Shown piece after piece: positions 12,319 to 25,195 of a stretch of 64,000 nt of DNA; the stretch's first letter is position 1; every line of letters begins with the position of its first letter. Both the position numbers and the translations under genes were made by a program. Location: the NCBI GenBank assembly GCA_030704615.1, contig CM060733.1, forward strand, positions 58,156,001-58,220,000, given 5' to 3'. Below the pieces are notes generated by a model that saw only the letters and a program-made list of their open reading frames with translations, had not been told where the DNA came from and searched no databases. Origin of the DNA: Takakia lepidozioides. Taxonomy: Eukaryota > Plantae > Bryophyta.

Positions 12319-14608
12319 ATGCCTCTCACGCGGTCTTCAGACGTGTCATCTCTCATGCACGTATCAGGAAGCCAATCCCTTCAACCGAAGAATTCTAGCC
12401 TTCTCAGAGGTGCCAGTGGTGATTTGAGGTCCATTAGACCTGAGGCTGCGAGATCAAACCTTTTAAGAGGCGCCAGTGCTGATTTATCTGAGTTCATATG
12501 GCCGAAGGACCAGCGTCCAGAAGTTCCTCACAATGACTTCGAGAGGGCTCAGGAGCTGCCAATCATAGACTTCTCAGGTCTCCAATCTGGAGATGTAACC
12601 CACAAAGCGAAAATTGCAACAGAACTGACAAAAATCTTTTCTGAATGGGGTTTCGTAGAAGTTGTGAACCATGGTGTGTCTCTCCCTCTCATCGAAAACA
12701 TGCAAAGCCAGGCCAACAGGTTTTTTGAGTTACCGCTCGAGGAGAAACAGAAAGCTGTGGTGACCAGCTCGGACAAGGAAATTCCTTTTGGCTTTGTACT
12801 TCATAGTGGCTTCAATTACGCTGGACGCCCTTGGGTTGATCGATTCCAGTGCAAGTGGGCGCCCGGCGGGTGTCGGATAAGAGAAGCTGCTGAGCAGGTG
12901 TTTGAGAAGGCTGATGCCGAAGGGTTCAGGTTATAAATCTAATCTAACCTCGTCGATAGATTTTTCATGCCTCTGGAGTCCCACGCAGATGTTGTTAGGA
13001 CTGGCTACAGCAGTCTTTTTGGGGCGTTTTAGAGCAAGAGAGACTAGACTCAGGGTCGTGGATCATGACAACTGAGTTGTGCTGCTAAGATCACAGCGCT
13101 GAGATGTCCGCAAATGATGCTAAACATCTGTAGCTGTCATGTAGGAGGTAGCTGAGTTCAAACGCAATAGGGATCCTAGTAATGCGATGGTACCTTTGTA
13201 GCTGTGTCTCTAACAGACATCCCCTGTGCAGTAAAACGATGGACGACTACAACGCCAGCGTGGAAAAGCTCGGGTTACAGATTCTAGAGCTCTGTGCACA
13301 AGGGCTTGGCCTTGAACCCTCAACATTCACGAAACCTTTCCTGGAGGAGGAAGGTGATTGCATAGCCCGGGTAAACTACTACCCGCCATGCCCACAGCCA
13401 TCTCTTACTCTAGGACTCGGGGCGCACACCGACCCCAATCTTCTCACAATCCTCAACCAATGCAAGGTGGGAGGCTTGCAAGTCTGCAGGAAAGGCACAT
13501 GGATCACTGTTAAGCCCAGGCCCGGTTCCTTCATTGTCAACATCGGCGACTCTTTTGAGGTTTGTTGGGCTGTCCGGTTCAGTTCGTTTTCTGAAAATTA
13601 TTTGTTCAGTTTCATCTATTTGAGGGAGTGCACCTCCCGTATGATAACAAACTTGAAAGGAAAAGGCATGAAAGATTCAAGTAAAAATTAAATAGGTGGT
13701 CGTTTCTATTGCCTGCAACTGGAATTTGACACACTTGCACATCACCCTCCGTAGTGAGCAATGTCAAGTAGGGGAGAGAAGAGTGGTTGAGGAGAGATGG
13801 TAAAATTACTCTGTTTCTTGTGGGATTACTCTGTTTCTTGTGGGTTGGAACGAAAGAAATTAAAGTACCACCCAACAATATCTAACACTGGGAAATATAC
13901 ACAAGAAAAGCATTTGTACCAGAAATCTTACCCATTTTCAAAAGAAGATCTCCTTCTCTACTCTACTGGCAGGAACACTATCATTGATATATCGTGTATA
14001 CCTTTCTCATTATTTATCTATTTTGAGAGGGAAGGAGGATTGCATGTAAATGCAATTGACACATCATATCGTTAGCTTGGACCTAGTCTAATTGAAAACA
14101 ACTGCAAATCCGTCTCAAATCATTAGCATGATTTATTATTCACTTGCAAGTTAGTGTAGTAATTGGCAATTCTTTGTTTTACAATGTACAATACTTACTC
14201 AACGAATGCATTAATAAATTTGGAGTAAATGAGATCTTCTGCCATGAAATAAGAAAAGCTCACAATCTGAACTTTTGCTGCGAAAATATGAGATTATAGA
14301 AGTGTACAATGTATTCTAACATCTGTTGCATTTTAATTTGACAGGCATGGAGTAATGGACATTTCAGCAGTGTGCAGCATCGTGCTGTAGTGAATGACAA
14401 CAAATCCCGCATCTCTGTGGTGTTTTTTATGAATCCTCCCCCCAACTCAGTTATGTCAATCCCACCCAAGTTGGAGGATGCTAAGCACCCTTTGCAATTT
14501 CGTTCTGCATTCACATGGCTCGAGTACAGAACGAGAATGTTGCAAATGCACAAAGAAGGCAAGGGTAATTTAGCATCAAAAACTTGGTTGCGATTGAGGT
14601 CAATCTAG
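12319..14608 (+). CDS. 2-oxoglutarate/Fe(II)-dependent dioxygenase (DOXC class), gibberellin 20-oxidase-like; 3 exons, 400 aa
   Basis: Exons 12319-12929, 13232-13559 and 14345-14608 with GT-AG introns (phase 2, phase 0) join in frame (1203 nt). Motifs: FIWP..QRP, LPIIDF, WGFVEVVNHGV, NYYPPC, HTD (HxD), distal His in QHRAVVN, RIS (RxS). Confidence 0.93.
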
Positions 14609-15290
14609 CCTTCAATGAATACCTTAAGTCCATTGTAGAAAGTAGGAAGGATACCTTGAGGTAGAACAAATCTACAATTTATTTTAATCCAATGAAATTT
14701 AGGCTGGAAAATGTCTTTGGATCAACCAAGTTTATTATAGGAACAAAGCAGCATAAATAGAAGGAAACCGAAATGATAGACAACAAACTCTGATTGAACC
14801 CAACATAGCTAGCAGCCACTCCCCTTTGCCCATACTCTCTTTTGTGGGAGTGGACTTTCTACAGGATTTGACAAGTTATAAAAAAAATATGTGTGAGTAA
14901 AATAGAAACTTTTCCTCTATGCTTAAAAGAGCATCTTGGGATGTTGTAAAGTTGGTTTGTGTCCTTTTTAAATGAACTCCTCTTCAACTACAGAGACATA
15001 CTACACCTGCGACAATTCACCAACTGGAAGAAGCCTATTATTGTAGGGAAAAATAAATAAAAAATAAACAGTAATATCATATAGTGCAATGCATAGTAAC
15101 ATATTCCGTTTGAGAGGAGATTGTTTTGGGATTGAATAAGCATAATGTCATATCAAAAGAGGCATGCTTACAATCAATCATGTTCTTGGTCATAAAGTTG
15201 GCAAGTGGCCCAAAGAGAATCTATCAAGATTATCGCAAAAGAGGTCCCAAGAAACAAAAATGATTATCCAATTATTTGGGTGTTATAGAT

Positions 15291-15292
<2 letters not shown>

Positions 15293-15330
<38 letters not shown>
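15293..15330 (+). repeat. (GA)19 microsatellite
   Basis: Read directly from the sequence. Confidence 0.95.
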
Positions 15331-15333
<3 letters not shown>

Positions 15334-17449
15334 CTCCGGCCGAAGATTGTGTGAACAAGAAAAGACATTTCAACATCGTTCTACAAGTTGTGTTGATCAT
15401 GCTTGCGCCATCATCAATGTGGAACATCTACTAAACATACCGCACATAGATGGGGTCTAGACTTGTACTAGGTTTCTTTAACCACTTGAGATTCACTTAC
15501 TTTACCAGCGAATTATGTTTCTTTTTTCTCCCTATATTTTGGATGATAAAGCTTACCATTGTTTAGAAATGGCTTATCACTCCTATGAAATCAAGTCCAG
15601 ACGTCAAATGACCAGGGAGGAGAGAGAGTTTAACTATAAGCATTTAGCTACAATGATGGTGATTGAGTGAACATTTGGAATTTGAAAGGCAGTCGATTCA
15701 AAGACCTCGACATCAAATCAACGTGAGAATGCAAATTTTACTTGATGGTACATGCAGTTGCCTGCTGCACAATCTTCTTATGTAGAGTAATAACAAATCA
15801 ATGTCAAAGATAATGTGTGATTTGTCACTTGACATCAATGGAGTTTCTACGACTGAAGTAGAAGATAATGAACCTAAAGCTATAAAGCACGCTTTGAACA
15901 TCAAAGATCCACAACATACATGCACAACTTCTACAAAATTTGCAAGAGATGATTTAATATAATATCTACATAACAACCAACAAATGGTCCAGTGTTAGGG
16001 TACAAGGCCACCTTATAATTGGTCATGTATTCTAGAAAGCCATGTTGGATGTCACCCATTATGGTCGACCCAACTTTAAAATGGGAATGCTAGGTCAACC
16101 AGTTATTCTATGTATGGGTATTGGATCTTCGAGTACTTGGGGAAGGGTTGGGCAATCGCATGCCCCAGATACGACCGAGTAATCTACTTTCCAAACGGAA
16201 GGCAGTAACCCTTCGAGGTGAAGTGACACCGCCACATGTTACGCTTGTTTCAACAAGAATATTTTTTTTCTAATATTTATACATTGTCAAATACTAGAAA
16301 TACGATAAGGGCTTAAAAACCTATCAGTAAAAAAAAATTTAATCTCATTTGGAGGAGCTGAGAGTATTCATTTCGCCAATTCCACCGTTGTCATCACCAT
16401 GTTGTCCATCTATTGAGATTGTTTATAATAATACAGGCTTTCAACCTCCAAGTTTTTTTTAGTTTTTTTTTATTTTAATTCTCTTAGTCACGGTGTCATT
16501 TTTTGTCTCCAAACCTCACAATTTTTCTCCTACAAGTTCAAAACTTCAACCAATATACCAACGCATTTGTTTGATTGAATCATCATATCCTCAAAAGATC
16601 AATTTGTATCTCGCACTTCTATCTACAGAACCAAATTGATAATCTCCAATACCTCCAGTACTTTTTTTCTTGGTTTGTCAAATCAGTGCATGGAAGAATA
16701 AAACGCAAAGAAGAATATCTTAGAATGGAGCCTAAAAGAAATGCACTTGAGGCCAATGTTGGGTCAATTGGTTGATGGAAGTGTTTTGCTAAATACATGG
16801 TGCATGTAGTTATATTGGATCCTCTTTGTAGGAGGAGACGCACCAACCTCTTAGAGGCCATAGACACCAATGTAGCTTGCAGTATTCATGTGTAGGTTTT
16901 ATGTCAATACATTGTGCGAGTTGAAAGCCGTGTATATGCCAGCCTTCCACATGTAAAAACAACATTCTCAAACAGTTCGTTAATTGAGTAACACATGGTT
17001 CAATTAGGCACCACGTTGGGAAATGCTCTAATCTATGGGCTTTCATAGGCGTTTAGGCCGCACCCTTGGACTCTGGACCTCATGCCCGTGAAGGCCGGTT
17101 AAGGCATTCTTCGATCCTTATGTAATATGAAATATTGATGATGAGATGTTTGTTCTCAAATTTCTTGAGAAAAATGAGATGGCTTCCATAGATAACTGAT
17201 CGACATATTGGGCATGTTTTAGATGGAATATCACAACCCCAATGTTAATTGGCGTCGAAAGATAATTAAAATCTAGGATTGAAAAATTTGGGGAGATCGA
17301 GTGAGGACACCATATTGAAACTTATCATCATTTTGTTATAGGCAATACACTCATATGTAAGAAGGACCTACTATTTATAGGTTTAATAAGAGATGTGAAA
17401 AATCCAAAAAAAAAAAGACATAAGTGAGGTTCCTATAGAATGACAGAAT

Positions 17450-17950
17450 GTATTGAAAGAATTCAAAGCTATATTTTCAGATAACCTACCATCACGACTT
17501 CCACCAAAGAGAAGAGTATATCATAATATTGAGGTTGTTCTAAGTAGTACTCATTCTTATAAAGTCCATTATCGATTAGCACCAAATCGGTTGGAAAAAT
17601 GTAAAGCTCAAGTGGAGGAACTAATAGACTAAGGGTATCTCCTATATGGAATGTTGGTGTTGTTAACTTATTTGTAGATAAAAACAAAATGAAGCAATAC
17701 GGGTGTGCATTGACTATCGAGCACTTAACCAACAATCGGTGAAAAATAAGTACATGTTATCACGCATGGCCGATCTATTTGACGGTTAACCAACTGCGAG
17801 AAGCAAAATATTATACGAAACTTAATTTAAATGGTGGATACAATCAAATTTGAATCATTGATGAAGATTTACATAAGACCGTCTTCTACGCTAAGCATGG
17901 ACATTTAGAATACATGGTTATGTCAGTTGGTTTCATCAATTGTACCTTCC
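17450..17950 (+). pseudogene. Degenerate Ty3/gypsy pol (reverse transcriptase) remnant
   Basis: Hand translation across frameshifts: EFKAIFSDNLPSRLPPKRRVYHNI..., CIDYRALNQQSVKNKY, GGYNQI, HKTVF...GHLEYMVM. Confidence 0.8.
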
Positions 17951-19464
17951 ACTTTGGCAATGGCTGCAAGATGTCCGTATTTTTCATGGTTGTAACGTTG
18001 TCGAGTTTCCCTTTGTCCTTTTGTACGTAAAACTGTTGTGGTGGTCGCATCTTTGTCATTTAATTTCACTCATCGTTGTGTGTTATCCTTCCCATATCTG
18101 ATTCTCAGCCTATTTCTTTGAGGGTATATGAAGTTATCTCGTCTTCAAAGATTTCCAAGCTCCATAGGTGTTGGTCCGTACTGATTCAATGATTTTCTTC
18201 TTCAATCATCTCTTAAAGTTGTCTAATGTTTCTGCAGGCTCATGTCTTCGATTTGGACTTGAAGATTCAAAACATAATTTTAATCAATATAATTCCGCAC
18301 AGTAGACTGCAGTCCCTTCTATGTCGCTATAAATTTCAGTAATTGTATGCTGGCTTTTATGTGCTTTGGTTATGTGTTATATGTGCGAAAAAATGGAGGA
18401 GATAAACTTACAAGGTATATCTGATCAAAATTATTGTCCTCTTGGAAGTCAATCAAACTCTAGACAATGGCTCCCCCGATTATGTCGTACGGTCATGTGA
18501 GTGCTGCTTTTAGCGATTCTGTAAAAACAGCTCATGTAACTTTTATTGGAATGTTAAGACTGCAAAAGACATCAGTGGCTTAGGATATGTGACACACAGA
18601 TGTTACCACCATACATGTGCCAATGCTAGGACTGTCTATAAGGTGAGGACTCGGAAAATACCCTCCGTTCTCTTTATCATCCTTCCACAATAACAATTCT
18701 TCTTTCGTAATTTGTCTCATCTCCCATGTCTATAACCATGTTGATGTATTGTCGAGTAGAAAAGATTGGATGAACAATCCGTAGTCCAAATCATTTAATG
18801 TAGGGAAATACAATCAATGTACATCCATTCAATAAATCCATCATTCCAGCACTCTCATGGCTCGACTTCTTTTATACGACTCAACCTTACACATCTTGGT
18901 CATCATTTGCAGTATTAATATATCTGATCCACCGGCGACCAGTCTTGATGCGGTTGATTGTCTTACTTGTTTAAACTTTAAGCTCATCCATCAACATGTT
19001 GTTTTGTTGTTGGGCAGTGAGTCGTGACAATAGCATTTTGTAAGTCGTGTAAGCGCTATATTATCCACACCATCTGATCATTGGGTTGATTAGTATTATG
19101 TCCATTGGTAACCATCTTTTCATTGTTCACCATCTTGCTCTACAACTTTTTGTTTCATTTTGTTCTTCCGAAATTGTAGACTATATTTATATTTATATTT
19201 TAATATAGTTTGTTGATATTACAATCCCAAACTATCTTGTACATTATTATTGTAATATAAAATGAACGTCTAAACTCATGACCAAGTTTATGATTTCTCT
19301 TTCAAATTCTACAACTAAAAATCGTATAAGAAAATGTTTGTTCATGGTTCGCACATTGACATTGAATACATTTGGTAGTGGAAAATTGGGCGGTATGTAT
19401 CTACTCCAATCCATGAACTATGTATATATTAGTGTTGGTCTAATATGTATAATAATTTAGGTAT

Positions 19465-20069
19465 TATCACGGACATAGCCCAGAGGAACTTATCAGGAAT
19501 AAATATCAGAAGTTACCATGTTACAGGAAGTTACTATGATCTATCATGATCTACCATGATTTACCATAAGTTATCATTAGTCACCAAATTACTATGAGTT
19601 TATTAAATTACCGATAGTAACTTGGGAAACTGTTTAGGAAGCTTCCTTTGGGAGAAACTTCTCCATCAAGATACCTCATTTGTTAAAGGAACTTCTCCAT
19701 CAAGAAACCTCCATTGGGGAAGCTTCTTAGGGAACTTTCTAGTAGCCAATATATATATGAGGCGAGACTGGACACTCTTCAGTCTCGCCAACACAAGTTC
19801 AAGCTACTCTTATTTCCAGTCCCAGTACTCCAGCTCAACTTCCAGTACTCTAGCCCAGTTTCTAGTATCTGGAACTTTAATCCAGTTTCCAGCATTCCAG
19901 TATTCAAGTCGAGTTCCAGTATCTTGTACTCTTGTCCATTGTTATAAAGATCATCTTGATTCATATTTTCCCATCATGCATTCGGCCACGCCGACCTCGG
20001 CTTCTTGTCTAGTCTTGTACCTCTAGTCTGATCTCTTGTTTATGTTCAGTCATATTCTCGTCTTTGATA
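19465..20069 (+). repeat. 5' LTR (605 bp)
   Basis: Ends TATCACGGACATAGCC...TTTGATA; homologous to 63174-63688; TATA-like box near 19749; gag ATG at 20108. Confidence 0.9.
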
Positions 20070-20107
20070 GTTTGGCAAAACTAAAGTTTATCCTTTAGTT
20101 AGTTAAG

Positions 20108-21110
20108 ATGGAAGGCATATTTGCGGAAATGGTCGTCACATTGCAGAGCCTCCAGCTCCAGATGCAAAAGTTCACACCTTTACTGTCTAACTACAAGCTG
20201 ATCAGTCTCAAGATCTTGACAACGCTCTCAACAATCTGCAACAACAAATTTCAGAATTGAAGGAGTCGAACAATGGATCTTCAACCATACGAGTCCCTAC
20301 TGTGACATCTCATATTACAACGGTTTCTCCACATCTTCAAGAGATTACGAGAAAACCAAAGGTTAACATGTCCGAGAAATTTGATGGGACGAGATCAGGA
20401 TTTCATGGTTTTATACAAGTACGATTGTTCCTACGACTACATCCACAACCCCGATGAAGGTATTCAAGTGGGATTCATGGGCGCCCTTCTATCAGGCACT
20501 GCCCTATCTTGGTTTGCACCGCTGTTAGAAAAAAATTCATATTTACTATACAATTTTGAAACGTTCATGTCCAAGTTCACTGCAACTTTTGGAGTGAATG
20601 ATAGAGAAAGAGTTGCAGAGACAAAGATGCGAAATCTACGACAAGGAGCGCGTCCTGTTTCCGTTTATGCTACCGAATTTTAACAACTTGCATGCAACCT
20701 CGACTGGAATGAGAAGAGCCTCATTAGTCAGTTTTGATGTGGGCTAAAAGATGATGTGAAAGATTTGTTGCTGACCATGCCAAACGTGAGTACACTAAGT
20801 GAATTTATCACCCAAGCCATTGCATGCGATAATCGTTTGTTCAAAAGACGTCAAGAAAAACGATTTAAATGGTCGATGACACACCATGCCGCTGCTACTA
20901 CAGCACCAAACACAACGATCCATCGGACATCCAGTAGTGATCCTATGTAGATTGATGATGTCCGATTCAGGCCATTGATGCAACAAGAAAAACAACGACG
21001 ACACTCAAATGGTTTATGTCTCTATTACGGAGAAAAAGATCACATAACATTAAACTGTCCCAGAAGATTCAAAACTCGGGGTGCAACTCCAGCGTTAGAT
21101 ACGATAAGGT
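20108..21110 (+). pseudogene. gag: Ty3/gypsy gag (disrupted)
   Basis: KPKVNMSEKFDGTRS, LLSGTALSWFAPLLEK, LRQG..VSVYATEF, KDLLLTMP...CDNRLF; degenerate zinc knuckle LCLYYGEKDHITLNCP; stops and frameshifts. End approximate. Confidence 0.85.
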
Positions 21111-21144
21111 CGGAAAATGAAGATGTCCAGTCACAGTAGGGACC

Positions 21145-22691
21145 ATGCGGCTGGACACCATCAATTCTTCACCTAAAAAATATCTTTTTCTACATCCAGA
21201 CCCTATACTTTGTTTCACAGTTCCAGTAAAGATCAGGATGCAAAATCGAGATATTTTCACGGAAGCACTTTTGGACTCGGACGCTTCAGCGTATTTTATT
21301 GACAAAGACTTTGTGAAGCAACACAATTTAACGCTCGTAAGAAAGAAATTTTTGGCCCCTGTTGAAATCATCGATGACCGTTATCATAAGGAAACTTTGA
21401 CCATGACACTTGACCTCTTGAAGTGAAGCTTGAAAATTAAGCATCACGGATTGTTTTCAACGTCATCCAGTCTCCAATGAATCATGTGATCCTTGGACTT
21501 CCCTGGTTTGTACTTCATAATTCTGATATCGACTGGCGATCGCGAAAAATCTCAGCAAGACAAAAATGCAAAAGTATCAAGGGTATTCAACCCCTGTTTC
21601 TTGGAACTAGAGTCTTCATGAGAGCTACAAAGAAAGACGCGACATTTGTACTTTATGCAGCTCCGATCAAGACCCCAACAGACCAAGGTACTTCGACATT
21701 ACCCACTCAATATCAAGATTTCAAGGATGTCTTCGAGAAGAAAAATGTAGACATGTTGTCAGAACATCGACCTTATGATTGTGCAATTGAGTTCAAGAAG
21801 AAGCCCAACCACCATTCGGCCTAATCTACAATTTATCTCAGACGGAGTTGGCTCCTTTACGCGAATACATTAATGAAAATTTGTCGAAAAATTTCATTCG
21901 ACATCTGAAATCACCCACAGGATCAATTATCTTATTCGTGAAGAAGAAAGACGGATCGTTACGCATGTGTGTGAATTATCATGGGCTCAACAAAGTCACT
22001 ATAAAAAATCGTTACCCACTATCGCTGATTTTCGGACTCCACGAATAACTTGGACGAGCAAATGTTTTTACAAAGATCGACTTGAAAAAAACTTGAAAAT
22101 ATTTGAAAAAACTTGAAAAAAAAACTATTTTCAAGACGAAAAAATAAAATAAAAAAATAAAAGCTTTTCGCACAAGGTACGGACATTTCGAATACAGTTT
22201 TATGTCTTTCGGTCTTACAAATGCTCCAGCAATTTTTCAACACGTGATGAATGACATTTTTCGAGAATTTTTAGATGGCTTTGTAGTCATCTATTTGGAC
22301 GACATTTTGATATTTTCACAGAACGAAGAGGAACATGGTCGCCATGTATGCCTTGTCCTTGATAAATTGAGGGGGGGGGAAAAAAAACAAAAAAAAACAA
22401 ACAAACAAACAAATTATATGTCAAATTGGAAAAACGTATTTTCCATCAATCTGAATCGAATTTTTTGGGCTACATCACTTCCGACAAATGAGTCTTTATG
22501 GATCAGAAAAAAATACAAACCATCATCGAGTGGATAAAACCAACTTCGGTCCAAGATGTACAATGTTTTCTCGGATTTACAAATTTCTATAAAATCTTCA
22601 TCAATGACTACTCCAAAATTGTTGCACCATTGACGCGACTCATAGGGAAGGACAATTTACATGGGACGAGAAGGGTGACCAGGCATTTGAA
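21145..22691 (+). pseudogene. pol: Ty3/gypsy pol: protease and reverse transcriptase, truncated
   Basis: ALLDSDAS (LDSGA variant), [45 protein letters not shown]; breaks off after WDEKGDQAFE at about 22691. Confidence 0.9.
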
Positions 22692-22883
22692 AGCCCGGTT
22701 ATCAGCGTCCCGTCCGTCCGTCAGCGTCAGGTCACGTCATATCTGACGCTGACGGGACCTCCATCACGTCAGGTTCGGAGAATATTTTGGTAAAAATAGT
22801 ACCAGATAAAATACTGCCACCTAAGCAGCCACGTCGCCGACACGGAGGCAGTGGCAAATACATTTTAAAAATTAACAAATGAA

Positions 22884-24680
22884 CGCGACCGCCAATTATG
22901 GTGGTCGCTTTGTTTTTCGAAATAAAAAAAGAAATAGCGACCGCCATATTGGCGGTCGCTTCAATTTTTTTTTTTAAAGCAAGATTGGCGGTCGCATTGG
23001 CGGTCGTTTTTTTTTTTAAATATTAAAAAAAATAGTAATCGCCATATTGGCGGTCGTTTCAATTTATTTTTAAACAAAAGCAAGATTGGCGGTCGCATTG
23101 GCAGTCGTCTAATTTAAAAAAGAAAACAAGCTACTGCCGTATTGGCGGTCGCACAATTTTGCAAATATATACAGAACAAGCGACCGCCATATGGCGGTTG
23201 GATAATTTCAAAAACAAAATTAAAATTAAAACAAGCGACCGCCATATGGCGGTTGGATAATTTCAAAAATTTAAAAAAAAAAACAAGCAACCTCCATTTG
23301 GCGATGCCTCTCATTTTTTAATAATTGGGTATTGAATGCACCTATGGGCCCCGCCAATACGGCCCATGGGGTGAGCTCATGAACCCACCTCCTTTTGACC
23401 GGGTCTAGATTCTGAATTTTTTTTAAGTCCTAGTTCTTTAACGGCAGCGGACCTTCTAGCGGATTGGCCAAACCCTCAACAGACTGACTCCAATTGGCGA
23501 GCGGACTGAGCAGCGGATTGGCGAGCGGACTGGCGAGTGGACTGACTGGCGAACTGGCGATTGACCGACGATTGACGAACGGACTGACCAGCTGACTGGC
23601 GATTGGCGAGCGGACTGACTCAGTCCGGCAGACTGGCAAGCGAACTCACCAGCAGACTGGCGAGCGCCTAACTCCAACCTTCATACCCTCTTCAAACAAA
23701 ATATACATTTATAATTAACACACATTACCACCACAATGTAACATGCCAGGATTTGAACAACAGACCTCACGTTCATCACAAGTTGTTCTTTAGCATCGCA
23801 CTAGCCGCTGCTTTCTGCAAACCCTTGAAATAATTATTTATTTATCTTCATATCTTCAGGTGTTTTGTGGGCCCAACAGACTCGCTTCCCCTGCGCGCGC
23901 CTTGGGGCGGCTGACCCGAGCAGACTGACCCCGCCGGGTAGGGGTCGCCCCACCCTGCACGACCCCCTATGCCACCCGCGGGCTCCGCCACAACCACGCG
24001 TGCCCGCATTCAAGTCCCAATTATCAAACAATGAGAAGCTAACAATAAGAAGCTTTGGCGGTCACTTAATTTCAAAAATATATAGAAAAACAAGCGACCG
24101 CCATATGACGGTCGATAAATTTAAAATGATATTAAAAAAACAAACGACATATGAAAATAAAAGCAACCGCCACACCGGTGGTCGCTCATTTTAAAATAAA
24201 ACAATGTTTACGACCGCCAATCTGGCGGTCGCTTAAATTTAATAATATATAAAATTAAAGCGACCGCCAGCCTGGCGGTCGCTTTAACTTGAAAATATAA
24301 AGATTAAAAGCGACCGCCTTACTGGTGGTCGTGTTTTTTTGAAAATATTAAAAATAAAAGCGACCGCCAGTAAGCCTTACTGGAGGTCACGTTTTTAAAA
24401 AAATATTAAGAATAAAAGCGACCACCATATTGGCGGTCGCTTTATTTTAAATATACAAACAAATGAAGCGACCGCCATACCGGCGGTCGCATTATATTTT
24501 GAAATAAAAAACAATAACGACCGCCATACGGGCGGTCGCTTAAATTTAAAAATATACAAAATAGAAGTGACCGCAATATTGCACAAAATGAAAGGAAATA
24601 AAAGCGACCGCAATAGTGGTGATCGCTTGTTTTTCATAAAAAAAATAAAAATATCGACCACAGTACTAGCGGTCGCTTAA
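22884..24680. repeat. Array of GCGACCGCCA-N-TGGCGGTCGC palindromes with A-rich spacers
   Basis: About 20 or more imperfect copies; interrupted by the insertion at 23306-24039. Confidence 0.9.
23306..24039. mobile_element. MITE-like insertion with about 35-bp TIRs and internal GACTGGCGA minisatellite
   Basis: gcctctcattttttaataattgggtattgaatgc versus gcattcaagtcccaattatcaaacaatgagaagc (inverted); minisatellite at about 23455-23665; no clear TSD. Confidence 0.6.
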
Positions 24681-24782
24681 TTTCAAAATTATAACAAATA
24701 TGGTTGTACCGTTTTTTTTCGGTGGGCGCTATTGGTTCGTCATTTATTCATTTCACTTTTATTTCACTTTCATCCTTCCTAG

Positions 24783-25195
24783 ATCATATATAAGGGAGCA
24801 GGGTCACCAAGCTCCTCACTTCTTTTGGCGCAAACACTTGAGGTTGCTTTGGATGTTCTCTTCCATTGAACGAGAGTGTAGCCCAAGAGGAGGGTGCGCA
24901 ATTTTTGCCGTTGTGGCTTCCATCAAAACCACTTCAGCAGATTGTGTATAAGCTCAACACTACAACCCACATCAATCCACTTGGGTTGGTGACAGGTGTA
25001 GAAGTGTTGGGCTATCGCATTGCACTTTACATTCACAACACGTTTATTTATAAGTGACTGTTTTTTGTTTTTTGTTTTTAATACCCAAGGCGACTCTTGT
25101 GAGACTTCAGGTGTCATTGGACAAGTGGATTGTGCCGGAGCAACACCTGCTTCAACACCTCTTTGTACCCCTACACTTCAATGGAGTAGAGGATT
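24783..25195 (+). pseudogene. 5' part of hAT transposase, interrupted by CACTA-A
   Basis: Frame ...TPTLQWSRG joins in frame to LRQQSMHECLNL... at 36088 once CACTA-A and one TSD are removed; 5' boundary approximate. Confidence 0.6.

Noticed and set aside
13015-13035. Possible partner terminus for the piggyBac end at 3401
   Set aside because: Imperfect match, no GGG|TTAA end, and it lies in a host intron; probably chance.
13805-13844. 20-bp perfect tandem duplication in intron 2
   Set aside because: Real but trivial; no evidence of function.
18600-19200. Possible minus-strand gag remnant
   Set aside because: Too degraded to support by eye.
22884-24680. CRISPR-like array of palindromic repeats with spacers
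   Set aside because: Repeats are degenerate, spacers are low-complexity A/T runs of variable length, there are no cas genes and the context is eukaryotic TE DNA.
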